This document shows positions 1 through 9,354 of a DNA stretch of 64,000 nucleotides, piece after piece (position 1 is the stretch's first letter; every line of letters starts with the position of its first letter). Source of the stretch: an uncultured virus (IMG/VR IMGVR_UViG_3300038423_000106) (lineage: Duplodnaviria; Heunggongvirae; Uroviricota; Caudoviricetes); IMG/VR virus record IMGVR_UViG_3300038423_000106; one strand, written 5' to 3'. The notes under the pieces are model-generated. The model had not been told where the DNA came from. It did not search any database and saw only the letters and a program-made list of their open reading frames with translations. The translations under genes and the position numbers were made by a program.

Positions 1-255
1 GGAGGTCGCCGGCCCGAGGTTGTAGATGTCGATGTCGGCGAACCAGTAGGCGTTCTGGAAAACCAGCGTGCGCACGTCGAAGGTGATGCGCAGCGCCTCC
101 GGCTCGAACGAGCTGTCGCTGACCGTGAACACGGTGGTCGAGCCGTCCGACTGCGGCGTGAGCACCTGGAGCGAGTACTTGCGCCCGTACAGGCCCTGGG
201 AGTTGACGGTCTGCCCGGTGCCGACCTGCGGGTATGTTGTGGAGGTTCCGCCCAT
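1..255 (-). CDS. Baseplate hub-like protein, N-terminal part (runs off window)
   Basis: Hand translation MGGTSTTYPQ...LYGRKYSLQV...LRITFDVRT...ADIDIYNL; follows the baseplate genes in the operon. Confidence 0.65.
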   Translation of the reverse strand, partial: MGGTSTTYPQVGTGQTVNSQGLYGRKYSLQVLTPQSDGSTTVFTVSDSSFEPEALRITFDVRTLVFQNAYWFADIDIYNLGPATS

Positions 256-256
256 G

Positions 257-601
257 CTACGGCGTGTCTCCCCAGATGTCTAAATAGCCGGAGCCGAGGT
301 TCTGGTTGTTGGGATAGTTCGGAGTCTCCGATCCGGACACGTTGAGGATGTACTCCGAACCGATCTGAAGGTAGCTGTACTGGCGTAAAATGTTGCACGC
401 AGGCCCGTTCCCAGTGAGCAGCGGTACGGAGTCGAGCAGCAGGTTCCCGGCCGAGTCGGAGAGCGTTTCGCACCAGTACCCGGCGATCTCGTTATAGCGC
501 AAGACGCGCATCAGGGTGAGCGGGCTCCCGTCCACGGACAAGGTGAGCGTCTGCGTCAAGTTCGGCTGCGGCGGGTTCGGGAGCGGGATGATCTGCTGCA
601 T
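257..601 (-). CDS. Baseplate plug-like protein (DUF6983-like)
   Basis: IIPL...Q.L...LRYNEIAGYW...D..G..LL..VPLLTG..NILRQY.YL.IG pattern; position after Dit-like gene. Confidence 0.65.
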   Translation of the reverse strand: MQQIIPLPNPPQPNLTQTLTLSVDGSPLTLMRVLRYNEIAGYWCETLSDSAGNLLLDSVPLLTGNGPACNILRQYSYLQIGSEYILNVSGSETPNYPNNQNLGSGYLDIWGDTP

Positions 602-603
602 CG

Positions 604-1356
604 CTAGGGGCTCGGCTGCAAAGTTCCGATCCAGCCCACGGGGTCGCTGTTCCAGTTCGGGTTGGGGTTCGGAGTGACCGGCGCGCTCGGCGGGGTCGCC
701 GCGGGCGTCAAGGTCGTGTTGGTGCCGTAGATGGAAGTCGGGACCGTCACCGACTGCGTGTTCCCGGTGCTCGTCTGCTGCGAGGAGTCCGGGCGGCTGC
801 TCTGCACGACCGTCGTGCTCGTCTGCGCGATGATGATCTGGATGAAGGTTATGACAAACTTCACTCCATTGGAGGTCTCCAGCGTGTCCGCCGCTCTGAT
901 CGACTCTATGCCCATCACGCCGTACTGCTTCAAGCGGGTCGCGAGGTAAAGTTGCTGGCCCTGCTCCTTCAGCGCCACGAACTTCGTGAAGGCGTCTATC
1001 GATGAAGTATATTGTCCGTTGGAGAAGGACTGCATCGCGTCTGAGAAGCCGACGCCGATAACCACTCTGTCCGGAAGGTTGAACGAGTGGTCCGTGATCG
1101 ACGTGTTATTCTGCACCGGGTGCTGCGTGAACCTTCGGGTGAGGTAGTGGTCCGTCGAGAACACGGCGTCGAAGTAGAATATGACAGGCTGGCCCGGAGT
1201 CGTCACCGGTGGGATCGGAGTCCCGCCCGTCTCAAGGTTCGAGACGCCGAGCGTGGTAGTAGAAACGCCCACGGTGGCCGTCGGCTCCGTGTAGGACACG
1301 TAGACCAGTTGAGGCTGCGAGGCCCACTGCGGCGGCCGCCAGCCCTGCCCCGCCAC
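604..1356 (-). CDS. Dit-like baseplate/tail-tube initiator protein
   Basis: FDAVFSTDH...TQHPVQ....ITDH...LP motif; directly after tape measure. Confidence 0.7.
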   Translation of the reverse strand: MAGQGWRPPQWASQPQLVYVSYTEPTATVGVSTTTLGVSNLETGGTPIPPVTTPGQPVIFYFDAVFSTDHYLTRRFTQHPVQNNTSITDHSFNLPDRVVIGVGFSDAMQSFSNGQYTSSIDAFTKFVALKEQGQQLYLATRLKQYGVMGIESIRAADTLETSNGVKFVITFIQIIIAQTSTTVVQSSRPDSSQQTSTGNTQSVTVPTSIYGTNTTLTPAATPPSAPVTPNPNPNWNSDPVGWIGTLQPSP

Positions 1357-1357
1357 G

Positions 1358-2866
1358 CTAGTATCCTCCCGTCACGTACACCTGCCCCGACTGCACCTGC
1401 TGCCTCTGAGACTTCAGCCGGTTCGTCTCTTCGATGAACTTCCGCGCGTGCTCCGCCGGATCGCTCGTCTGCGCGTAGATGTTGACGTTGATAGTCTCCG
1501 CCAGCGCGCGGGCGTGCTCCATGCCGCGGGCGTAGTTCTGCGGCGTGTCCTCCATGTAGTGGCCGGCCTTGAGCGCCTGCGCCCACTCCTGCTCCGTCTG
1601 GGCCGTGCGCAGCCCGGAGAACCTTCCGCGGCTGATGAGGCGCTCGTAAGCCTGCGCGAACTCGTCGACCGACGAAAATTCTCTATAGGCTCCAGTAACG
1701 GTTTTCATACCGCCGAGGTTGAGTTGTTCCCGCGCCAGCCTGCTCGTGAACCCGCCCGTCTCGTGCGCCCACTGCTCGAAGATCAGGCGCGGATTGACTC
1801 CGAGGTCGGCCCCGATGCTCATGGCGGCAGCCATTGCCTGCTGCGGCAGCGTCTTGCCCCTTTGCTGGAATATGGGGAGTTGAGCTTTGTATTTCTCCAT
1901 TGACTCGGACTTCATTCCACTTTCCGGGAACATCCTCGCGAACATGTCCCCCATGGTCGCCGGTTTCCCGACCGGACCCCAAAGCCACTTGTCACTTCCC
2001 GTCTGACCCGCTGGCTGATGAAGCAGCGCGAACCACTCCCGCGTCTCGTCGATGATGTCTGCCAGTTCGTCGGAGATGTGCTGAAGCGATAGGCTGATGG
2101 TTTCGAGGTTAGCTTTTCCGCCGATGAGGCGCTGGTCGTTGTACAACACCCCGACCATCTGCACGAAGTCGTCCGCGACCATCTGCCCCATCGAGCCTAT
2201 GTCCTTAAGTATGCTCCAAACGTCCCTCAGGACAGGAGCCAGATAGGTAGCGGCCTTGTTCGCTAAGTCCGGGATGTTCTGGATCAGCCACTCGTTCCAA
2301 CTCTTGAGCCGCATCAGTATCCCGTTCTCGTCTCCGGTAAGAGCCTTTGACAGCGACTTGGTCAGCGCCATCACGAACAGCCCTGCCTCCTGCCGCAGCC
2401 GCGTGAACTGGAATTCCACGTCGCGTATCCGGCGCATCTCCCGCTCGAAGTCCGCCGGGCCGAGCGCAGCCATGATGCGGCGGTTGTCCTCCGAGAGCGT
2501 CTTGTACCTCTCGCGCAACTCCGGCGGCCCGAAGATCACGTCCTGGGCAGAGACTCCCAAAGCGTCCAGCGCCATTTTCATCTCGCGGAACTGCGGCAAA
2601 GACATCATCATCCGGCGCGCCATGAGTTGCATCTGCAAATCGCCGCGGGCGGTCTCTGTCGCTAGTGCTACCGTCCCTGTAGCTATCGCCGTGAGCACTC
2701 CGACGACGGACGCCCCAGCCTCGACGAAACTGGTGGCCATGCCGCCGGTGAAGCGTGTGATGTTCTGCGTGGCGACGCGGATGGCCTCGTCAAATTTCCG
2801 CTGGCTCTGAGAATTCACGTCGAAATTCAAAGCCACCAAATAACTCTTTATGACCGATGTGTCCAA
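1358..2866 (-). CDS. Tape measure protein with C-terminal glucosaminidase (GH73-like) domain
   Basis: TTG start after GAGGTGG; VIKSYLVALNFDV N-terminus; helical body; C-terminal QWAHETG...NLGGMK...F.SVDEF...Y...ALKAGHY. Confidence 0.8.
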   Translation of the reverse strand: MDTSVIKSYLVALNFDVNSQSQRKFDEAIRVATQNITRFTGGMATSFVEAGASVVGVLTAIATGTVALATETARGDLQMQLMARRMMMSLPQFREMKMALDALGVSAQDVIFGPPELRERYKTLSEDNRRIMAALGPADFEREMRRIRDVEFQFTRLRQEAGLFVMALTKSLSKALTGDENGILMRLKSWNEWLIQNIPDLANKAATYLAPVLRDVWSILKDIGSMGQMVADDFVQMVGVLYNDQRLIGGKANLETISLSLQHISDELADIIDETREWFALLHQPAGQTGSDKWLWGPVGKPATMGDMFARMFPESGMKSESMEKYKAQLPIFQQRGKTLPQQAMAAAMSIGADLGVNPRLIFEQWAHETGGFTSRLAREQLNLGGMKTVTGAYREFSSVDEFAQAYERLISRGRFSGLRTAQTEQEWAQALKAGHYMEDTPQNYARGMEHARALAETINVNIYAQTSDPAEHARKFIEETNRLKSQRQQVQSGQVYVTGGY

Positions 2867-2870
2867 TTTT

Positions 2871-3128
2871 CTAACCCCACCTCGAAAACCACGACAGCGG
2901 GAGCGACAGAAGTGGCTTCTTGCTCCTCGCTTGATCCATAACATCCAAGCGCGATTTCTCTCTGATATCGAGCAGCGCGTGAGCCGTCAGCAAATCGGAG
3001 ACGCGGTAGGTCCCGTCGAAGACTTCGCGCTGCTGCCACATTCCTGAGAGCACCGGGCGGTAGATGAATAAGTCTATGCCGTCGGAGTTGCCGGGAACAT
3101 CTTCAGCAACTCCCTTAAGAAAAAAGGG
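2871..3128 (-). CDS. Tail assembly chaperone frameshift extension (gpGT-like, DUF6889-like)
   Basis: -1 frame ORF with DLFIYRPVLSGMW...DGTY...DLL.AH.LLD and no good independent start; overlaps slippery site. Confidence 0.65.
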   Translation of the reverse strand, partial: PFFLKGVAEDVPGNSDGIDLFIYRPVLSGMWQQREVFDGTYRVSDLLTAHALLDIREKSRLDVMDQARSKKPLLSLPLSWFSRWG

Positions 3129-3541
3129 GAGCAGGACAACTGGAGCGATTTCAGCACGAGGTCGTCGACTCCCGGGCCGTTCTCCTGCAGCGCGGCATCC
3201 GCGATCCGTCCGTTCACCAGCAGGTCGCACGGGGCGTTCGTCGGGGCGTCGTAGTACCTGCAAACTTGCAGGGCGTAGCGCTGAATTTTCTCGCACGCCT
3301 CCTCGCTGATGGTGGACGGAGCGATGGACCATGTGTACTCGACTGATCCGTCGGCGATCTCCTGCTGCTCCTCTGGGGAAGGAGTCTGGTTTCTGTCCGG
3401 GGCGGAAGTCTGTCCCTTGTCCCTGCGCGAGAACTCGATGGCTGCGCCCTTCAGCCAGCCGTAGACTCGTCCGGCGACGAAGGGAGTCATCTGCTCGATG
3501 TGGTACTTCTTTCCGTTCACAGTCACATCTTTGCTTTGCAT
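3074..3541 (-). CDS. Tail assembly chaperone (gpG-like)
   Basis: Between tube and tape measure; KDVTVNGKKYHIEQM start; SD GAGGA. Confidence 0.75.
   Translation of the reverse strand: MQSKDVTVNGKKYHIEQMTPFVAGRVYGWLKGAAIEFSRRDKGQTSAPDRNQTPSPEEQQEIADGSVEYTWSIAPSTISEEACEKIQRYALQVCRYYDAPTNAPCDLLVNGRIADAALQENGPGVDDLVLKSLQLSCSPFFLRELLKMFPATPTA
3119..3128 (-). promoter_or_regulatory. Programmed -1 ribosomal frameshift site C CCT TTT TTC
   Basis: XXXYYYZ heptamers (CCCTTTT, TTTTTTC) in frame near the 3' end of the chaperone; -1 frame open to 2871. Confidence 0.75.
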
Positions 3542-3554
3542 GAAGTCCTCAGTG

Positions 3555-4010
3555 TTACGTGTTCGTCACGTCAGCCGCCATGAACTCCCATGTGGTGTGC
3601 TCGCCCTGCGCGGCATATGGCGTGTCGGGCTGCTTTGTCGGGCTGAGTCCCGTGAGCACGTGCCCGGTGTTCGTGGTCACCGAGCGGATGGAGAGCGTGG
3701 CCGAGGCCCAGTTTGTCACGTCGTTGTTCCTCTGCGCCGCGATCAGCTGGTTCATGAACTCGGTGAAGAACTGGTGGATGACCGAGGTCTGCTGCGTCTC
3801 GATGGTGACGTGCCCGTTGTCGCCCTTGATGCTTGACACCATGATGGCCCCGTCCGCCGCCACGTCGTGCACCGTGCGGACCGTGGTCATGGCGACGACG
3901 ATGCGCGTCGTTCCGATTGGGCCGGAGAACGACATCGCGGGAACTAATGGAGACGCGAACGCGATCACGACATCCCCGAAACTGTACACGCCGCCGGTTG
4001 GTTGCGCCAT
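3555..4010 (-). CDS. Tail tube protein (DUF3277-like)
   Basis: YSFGDV...VAADG.IMVS....NG.VTI..QQTS...P...Y...G....WEF; follows sheath. Confidence 0.8.
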   Translation of the reverse strand: MAQPTGGVYSFGDVVIAFASPLVPAMSFSGPIGTTRIVVAMTTVRTVHDVAADGAIMVSSIKGDNGHVTIETQQTSVIHQFFTEFMNQLIAAQRNNDVTNWASATLSIRSVTTNTGHVLTGLSPTKQPDTPYAAQGEHTTWEFMAADVTNT

Positions 4011-4028
4011 AATATGTTTCTCCTGTTC

Positions 4029-5492
4029 CTAGAACTGGACCTGCAAATTGATCTGGACGGACTGAATTGCGCCCGGAGTGTTCACGCAGACGTAGATCGG
4101 CATCCCCTGTCGCGCCTGCTGCGCAGCCGAAGTCTGCGTGGCGAACGATGCCGCGAACACCGTGTATCCATTCGTGAGCGCCTGCCCGTTCGTGATCCCG
4201 ATGGTGCCGCCGGTCCCGTTCGGAAGCTGGATCGTCGCGCCGCCCCACACTCCCGGCTGGATGAACCCGACGGCGCCCAGCGCGTCGCACGCCTGGTTGA
4301 CGGCGTGGATCAACAATTGTTCGCCGGCGTTGTCCTCGGGAACCGCGGGAAGCAGCGCGAGCGCGTTCGCCACGTTGTATTGAATCTGCGCTTTCAGGAC
4401 ATTGAGGAAAGTCACGAAGTCTGAAAACCAATTCGTCCGGCCGCTGATCCCCGGATACACCCAGGCATAGGCGTTGTTGAAGTTGCCGTAGATGTTGCAA
4501 TTCTTCGACAGTATGTTTTGGTACTGCTGCAGGGTGAGCGGCTCCGGGGTCACTCCGACCAGCGTCTTGAAGGCGAGCGTGTAGTAGCTCCCGGCCAGTC
4601 CGGTGTTCAACCCCATCTCCAATCCCATCATGCCGGCGGCCGCGTAAACGTTGTTAGGGGCGGTCCCGTTTTGTGTGGTCGAGTAGATGCCGGTCACGTT
4701 CGAGAGGCTGTTGGCCTCCATGTAGCTGGCCACGTCCGTCGATCCGGATTGGTACGGAGATTGAGAGATCGCCACCGTGGACGACGCCCAATAGTATTTC
4801 GCGGGCGGCGAGATGCCTTGGACGAACGTGGCGATGGCCTCGTGGTCAGAGTCGGCGGCGGTCGTGGACGTGCAGCCGTACCACGTGCCGTTCGCGTTGC
4901 GCAGGTACGCGAAACACGCTTCCGGGGTTTCCCCGATGGCCGTGACGTCGACGTACAATCCGCTCGCGGCGGGGTTCGCGACGGTCACGTTCGCTGTTGC
5001 CAGATCCGTTCCGGTCGTGTAACCCGTGCCGTCGGAAGTGAGCACCGGCGCCAAAGTGAGCGGAACTCCGCCCGCCGCGACTGTGAGTATCTCCGCCTGC
5101 CCCGTGACGTTCGGGGGTGACCCCTGAAGCACCTGCACTATGTCCCCGGCGGTGTAATTCGTTCCCGCCGCCCCGGAATGGGGAATCAGCGTTTTCAGTG
5201 AAGACGGGTTTTGCAGGCCGACGAACACCAACTGCGCGGCCTGATTCTGCGAGAAGTAGATGCCCGCCTCGATGTACTCGGGCGACGTGAGCAGAAATCC
5301 AGCCGCGATCATTGCGGAGGACCAATCCCCCTGCGAGAACTGCAGAATCCTAGAATTAGCCGCCGCGTATCCGCTGGCAACCGTCGTCCCGGTTATGAGC
5401 CCGATGTTGTACGTGGGCGCGGTCACGGCTATGCCCTGCGTGGTCACGGTGATAGGAACGACCAAACTCAATGGAAGCGCGGTGCTGGACAT
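4029..5492 (-). CDS. Contractile tail sheath protein (DUF3383-like)
   Basis: LPLS.VV.I...PEY..A..YFSQ...WYG...TLAFK.L.GV.PE...NIY...P....G...L. Confidence 0.85.
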   Translation of the reverse strand: MSSTALPLSLVVPITVTTQGIAVTAPTYNIGLITGTTVASGYAAANSRILQFSQGDWSSAMIAAGFLLTSPEYIEAGIYFSQNQAAQLVFVGLQNPSSLKTLIPHSGAAGTNYTAGDIVQVLQGSPPNVTGQAEILTVAAGGVPLTLAPVLTSDGTGYTTGTDLATANVTVANPAASGLYVDVTAIGETPEACFAYLRNANGTWYGCTSTTAADSDHEAIATFVQGISPPAKYYWASSTVAISQSPYQSGSTDVASYMEANSLSNVTGIYSTTQNGTAPNNVYAAAGMMGLEMGLNTGLAGSYYTLAFKTLVGVTPEPLTLQQYQNILSKNCNIYGNFNNAYAWVYPGISGRTNWFSDFVTFLNVLKAQIQYNVANALALLPAVPEDNAGEQLLIHAVNQACDALGAVGFIQPGVWGGATIQLPNGTGGTIGITNGQALTNGYTVFAASFATQTSAAQQARQGMPIYVCVNTPGAIQSVQINLQVQF

Positions 5493-5529
5493 TATGATGC
5501 TCCTTTATGCTTGGTGTAAATGTTGACGG

Positions 5530-5763
5530 TCACGGGATCACGAGCGTGGTGCCATCGTCGGTGATGCCGACCTGGTTGCGGCGGGCCAGCGGAGACGGGC
5601 CGGACTTCACCCCGGTCAGCGACTCTATGTACTCGTTCAGCCTCTGGCTTGCCGCCTGGACCGCCCGGCTGTACGGGGCTGCGGCCAGCTGCGCGGCAGC
5701 CACGGCGTCCTTGAGGCTGGCTATCTTCTCCTGCTGCTCCTGCGTGAGTGGTATGACTCTCAT
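5530..5763 (-). CDS. Hypothetical small coiled-coil protein
   Basis: ATG at 5763 with SD GAGGA; operon position. Confidence 0.6.
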   Translation of the reverse strand: MRVIPLTQEQQEKIASLKDAVAAAQLAAAPYSRAVQAASQRLNEYIESLTGVKSGPSPLARRNQVGITDDGTTLVIP

Positions 5764-5773
5764 AGTCGATTCC

Positions 5774-6754
5774 TCAGTGGACGATGCACAAAAAGTCTGG
5801 ATCGCTGCCGGTCCTGTAAATCTCCCCGGCGGACAGGCCGCCGTCAACCGCCTCCGCGTTGTCGGCGTAAGTCGGAGGCAAGATGCTTAAACTCAGGGCG
5901 GTGACTTCCATCGGACCAGAGAGTACGCTTGGCGCTGTGCTTCGGGATTTAATGAAATAACGCGTTGCGCCGTTGATGCCGTAGTCTGACCCATTACTCT
6001 CCGGAAAAACGTAAATTCCTATAGCTTCTCCCGTCGAAGGATCTGCGCTCACGCCTTCTATGTAAAGAGCGGCCCCGAACTGAATTCCGGAAGGACCGGT
6101 TCCTCGCCCAGAAACATTCTGTCCTACAGCTATGTCGATGGCAGCGCCAGCGCTAACCGTGCCACCATTGTTCCACACGCCAAAGAAGCTGCCAAACAAA
6201 TGTGCGCCGGCGACTGTAGCATCTTCCGCGAAAACATCTGCGGCATAGCCGGATGCCACTGCATCCGACGAACTGCTTGCAACTACGGCTTGCGTATAAT
6301 TACCATACGACCCACATGGTGACGCTACACTAGTGGACATTCCTATGATGTACGTGGCCAGATCGGAACAGTATCCTCCGGTCTGCAATACTGCGCCTAT
6401 ATCGCCATTGCCAAACCCAGCCGGAACGATTGCGTTAACCGAATTGAGGCCGGGATAGATTAAAGATTGCAGATACTCCGGCAATGCGGAGAGACTTCCA
6501 AAAGTAAACAGCCCATCGAGGTCGACGATGTTCCCGTCCTCGTCGATCGTGGCCGAGGAGCCGGAGAACAAGCCGTTGTCGTTGAACTGGATCGCGCCAT
6601 CAGTTCCCTCCGGTGAACCGCCGAGCGCGGCTATCGCCTCGGCCGTGAGGCTCACGTCCTGGTCGTCGTCCCGCACGGCGTAGACCAGGTCGGCGGGTTG
6701 GGCCGCCCCGCCGGGGGTGAGGTTGATTATCTTCTCGCTGAGCGCCGTCGGCAT
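5774..6754 (-). CDS. Neck/collar fibre-like protein
   Basis: GG...G.IQFN..G.F.GS near N-terminus, Gly/Ala/Ser-rich body, LP.YADN..A..GGL..G..YRT C-terminal motif of phage fibres. Confidence 0.5.
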   Translation of the reverse strand: MPTALSEKIINLTPGGAAQPADLVYAVRDDDQDVSLTAEAIAALGGSPEGTDGAIQFNDNGLFSGSSATIDEDGNIVDLDGLFTFGSLSALPEYLQSLIYPGLNSVNAIVPAGFGNGDIGAVLQTGGYCSDLATYIIGMSTSVASPCGSYGNYTQAVVASSSSDAVASGYAADVFAEDATVAGAHLFGSFFGVWNNGGTVSAGAAIDIAVGQNVSGRGTGPSGIQFGAALYIEGVSADPSTGEAIGIYVFPESNGSDYGINGATRYFIKSRSTAPSVLSGPMEVTALSLSILPPTYADNAEAVDGGLSAGEIYRTGSDPDFLCIVH

Positions 6755-6758
6755 AGTT

Positions 6759-7487
6759 TTATCCAGAAAGCCCGAGCGTGGTCTCCCCGTCGGACAGCAG
6801 CAAGCCGCCGCCGCTCGACAGCAGGAGCACGTTCTCCAATTCCGATTCCAGCGGAACCACGAAGTCCGCGACCAGCCCCGCCTCGCCCTCGTAGACCTTG
6901 ACCTCGACCGAGGCCATCGCCGGTATGACGAGCGGCTCCTGCACGTACTCGTTGAACTCCGCCTCGAAGTCCGTCCGCTCCCACCACTCGCCGTCCGAGT
7001 AGTACGGAACCCTGCGCGGGGTAGGAGTGTCAGGCACCCAGTAGAGCGCCAGCCCGAGGGCCGCGAACGTGTCGTGCACCTGCTGCGTGTACAAGGCGGA
7101 CTCGAACTGCCGCGCCCGGTCGAACGCCAGCTGCGGCCCGTAGAACTCCCAGTACGTCCTCCAGACGCGCGTGTAGCTCGTGAGCAAGACCAGGGTCTGC
7201 GGCGGGTTGTTGGCGTCGTTCGGGTTCGGCAGCAACTGGCGGTTCCTGACGCGGTTCACCGGAGGGACGTCGGTCAACTCGCAGCGCAGGTAGACGATCT
7301 CGTCCGTCGCCGCGTTGAACGGCTGCCCCCGCCTCTGCCATCCGACCCTGACCGTGTTGTAGACCGTTTGAGGTATCGGCGGAGTCGGAGTGTTCGGGAT
7401 CGGGATCATGCCGAGGGCCACGGCGGTCAACGTCTGCATCGCGGGCTGGATCGTCTGCGGCGTCAATGGAACCGGGTAAGCGCTCAC
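6759..7487 (-). CDS. Tail terminator/neck completion protein
   Basis: GTG start; VRVGWQ..GQP...YTRVWR..W.FYGP..FDRA...P.RVP....W.ER.D. Confidence 0.7.
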   Translation of the reverse strand: MSAYPVPLTPQTIQPAMQTLTAVALGMIPIPNTPTPPIPQTVYNTVRVGWQRRGQPFNAATDEIVYLRCELTDVPPVNRVRNRQLLPNPNDANNPPQTLVLLTSYTRVWRTYWEFYGPQLAFDRARQFESALYTQQVHDTFAALGLALYWVPDTPTPRRVPYYSDGEWWERTDFEAEFNEYVQEPLVIPAMASVEVKVYEGEAGLVADFVVPLESELENVLLLSSGGGLLLSDGETTLGLSG

Positions 7488-7573
7488 TTGGAATAATCCC
7501 TCAGCGAGATCACGACGATGTAAGCCACTACCGCGATTCCGGAGAAGATCATCGCGCCGAGAATCCAAGGCAT
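7484..7573 (-). CDS. 29-aa single-TM peptide
   Basis: MPWILGAMIFSGIAVVAYIVVISLRDYSK; TGATG overlap upstream and GTGA overlap downstream. Confidence 0.55.
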   Translation of the reverse strand: MPWILGAMIFSGIAVVAYIVVISLRDYSK

Positions 7574-7941
7574 CACGCGCCCAGAATCCTCGCTGCGAGG
7601 CCCCACCAATAGCCCCTGCTGGAATAGTCGCGCACCGCGACGATGCGGTACAACTCACCGTGGTACATCAGCAAATCGCTCGTCGCCGGATTCCCGTTAG
7701 TGTCCTGTTCCCGCGTCACGTAAATCGGCAGTTCGCAGTTGATCGTGATCGCTCCGTGGATGTGATCTGCGTCCGGCTGCGCGTCCACGACTTTCGGATC
7801 GGCGATGGTGACGTTGCCGTAGTAATTCAAATTCGTGTACTTGTCGTTCCATCCGCCCGGACCCCACGCCCCGCCGTTGCTGCGCTGAATCACGAACGGT
7901 TCGGCTGTAAGTGGATTGTTGCATGTGAAGGAGAGGTCCAT
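7573..7941 (-). CDS. Head closure protein
   Basis: F.I.RS.G.W..GGW...PDAD...G.I....IY.T.....SD...YHG..YRI..V.DYS..GYW. Confidence 0.7.
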   Translation of the reverse strand: MDLSFTCNNPLTAEPFVIQRSNGGAWGPGGWNDKYTNLNYYGNVTIADPKVVDAQPDADHIHGAITINCELPIYVTREQDTNGNPATSDLLMYHGELYRIVAVRDYSSRGYWWGLAARILGA

Positions 7942-7945
7942 CTAC

Positions 7946-8767
7946 TTATTGCACGCTATCGGTTAGCGAAGTAAACCGTCCAAACTCATCTTGTGGAACT
8001 CGAATAATAGGATGGCGACCTTCAGCGTATGCCCGCTTCAAAGACTCTGAGCGCTTCTGTTTAGTCTCCTCAGATTGTTTCTTGCCTTTGTGAGATAGCG
8101 AGAGATTAGCCCGCCATTCTGCCGAATGAGTCTTGCCTTTATTCCAAGCAGTTTGACCTTTTTTCCATCTAGTCTCTTTCCCGGCTTCTGCGAGAATTGC
8201 TCCAGTATTATTGCGAATAGACGCTATCCTGATCTTTTGACGCGTTGAGGGAGAAAGAGGGGCGCGCTTACGCCCGCGCTGCCATGCTCCTATTTTTTCT
8301 CGAGTCTCGGCAGAAATAACTCTTGTAAAGAGATACTGCCGCAACTTCTCTTTAGTCTTTTCAGACATAGGAAGATGCTTGGAAGAGGCCCGCATCCTCG
8401 CCTTTGTCTCTTCCGATGCTTTCTTCCCGAGGTGCGAGCGCCGGTTTTTCTCGATTACCTCAGGCGCGGGATCACATACTCCATCACCGCCAGCAGTGAG
8501 GTTGTACCCATGAGGAGCCTTAGAATTTAATAGTGCGATGTAGTATTTTTCTTTCTGGTTCAACTCTTCAAATGAAGAAGCGTGGTCAATAATAGAGAAC
8601 TCGAACGAGCGCGTTCCATATTTTTTTATCGCTCCATGAATTGCTGTCAATCTCTTTCTAGACGTTGGAGCATTCAGGTGCTGCTGACGGCGTTTTGCAA
8701 GTGTATGCTTAGTAATCCCAACATATAACTTGCCGTTAACCATGTTCCTGATACGGTAGACAATCAC
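7946..8767 (-). CDS. GIY-YIG homing endonuclease with NUMOD3 repeats
   Basis: VYRIRN..NGKLYVGIT...E..YI......P.GYNLT.GG; repeated SEETK.K motifs; lower GC than neighbours. Confidence 0.9.
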   Translation of the reverse strand: MIVYRIRNMVNGKLYVGITKHTLAKRRQQHLNAPTSRKRLTAIHGAIKKYGTRSFEFSIIDHASSFEELNQKEKYYIALLNSKAPHGYNLTAGGDGVCDPAPEVIEKNRRSHLGKKASEETKARMRASSKHLPMSEKTKEKLRQYLFTRVISAETREKIGAWQRGRKRAPLSPSTRQKIRIASIRNNTGAILAEAGKETRWKKGQTAWNKGKTHSAEWRANLSLSHKGKKQSEETKQKRSESLKRAYAEGRHPIIRVPQDEFGRFTSLTDSVQ

Positions 8768-9351
8768 TTTGCTCTCTCGCCTAACAACCAAATTATACTT
8801 TGTCGCAAGGCACCTGTGTCTATGTTTCTCCGGCTCGAACCCTTGCGGCGAATTGTAGCGGCGGCGTTCGGCGGCCAGTTGTTGCGCGGGTCTGTGAAAA
8901 AATTGCGTACGACGTTCTGCCCAGCCATGCCCGCTCGCTTCATGTATGTAACCGCCTGCGCCCTTTTCCCGTCCAACTGCAAACTTGCAGCCTCGCGCAG
9001 TTCGGGGATGATCTTGTCTTGATCTAACTCGATCGCCGGTTCGATGATCGGCGTCGGCGGCGTGTGGTACGCCATGCTGCCGCGCGACTTGATGTACAAC
9101 TCCTGTGCCGCATTGTATGACACGTTGCGGTTCAGCATCATCGCGCCCATGATTCGGCGGGCGTCTATCGTTCTCACGCCCTTGGTTAACAGAAACGCCA
9201 ATTCTGCATTCGTGATGTCCCCGCCTTTCCGAGACGGGCTCGCTTCTGGAATCCCGACATAAACAGCTAAGTCCTCGATCCCGCGTATGTTCTTCGCGGC
9301 CTTCACCGATCCATCTAAAACAGTCTTCACTTGGATGTTAGGCTTGAACAC
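8764..9351 (-). CDS. Neck/virion morphogenesis protein (HK97 gp10-like)
   Basis: VYVGIP...TNAELA...W.PNA..TI.RKGSSR..IDTG.LR.SI. Confidence 0.75.
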   Translation of the reverse strand: MFKPNIQVKTVLDGSVKAAKNIRGIEDLAVYVGIPEASPSRKGGDITNAELAFLLTKGVRTIDARRIMGAMMLNRNVSYNAAQELYIKSRGSMAYHTPPTPIIEPAIELDQDKIIPELREAASLQLDGKRAQAVTYMKRAGMAGQNVVRNFFTDPRNNWPPNAAATIRRKGSSRRNIDTGALRQSIIWLLGERAK

Positions 9352-9354
9352 GAT

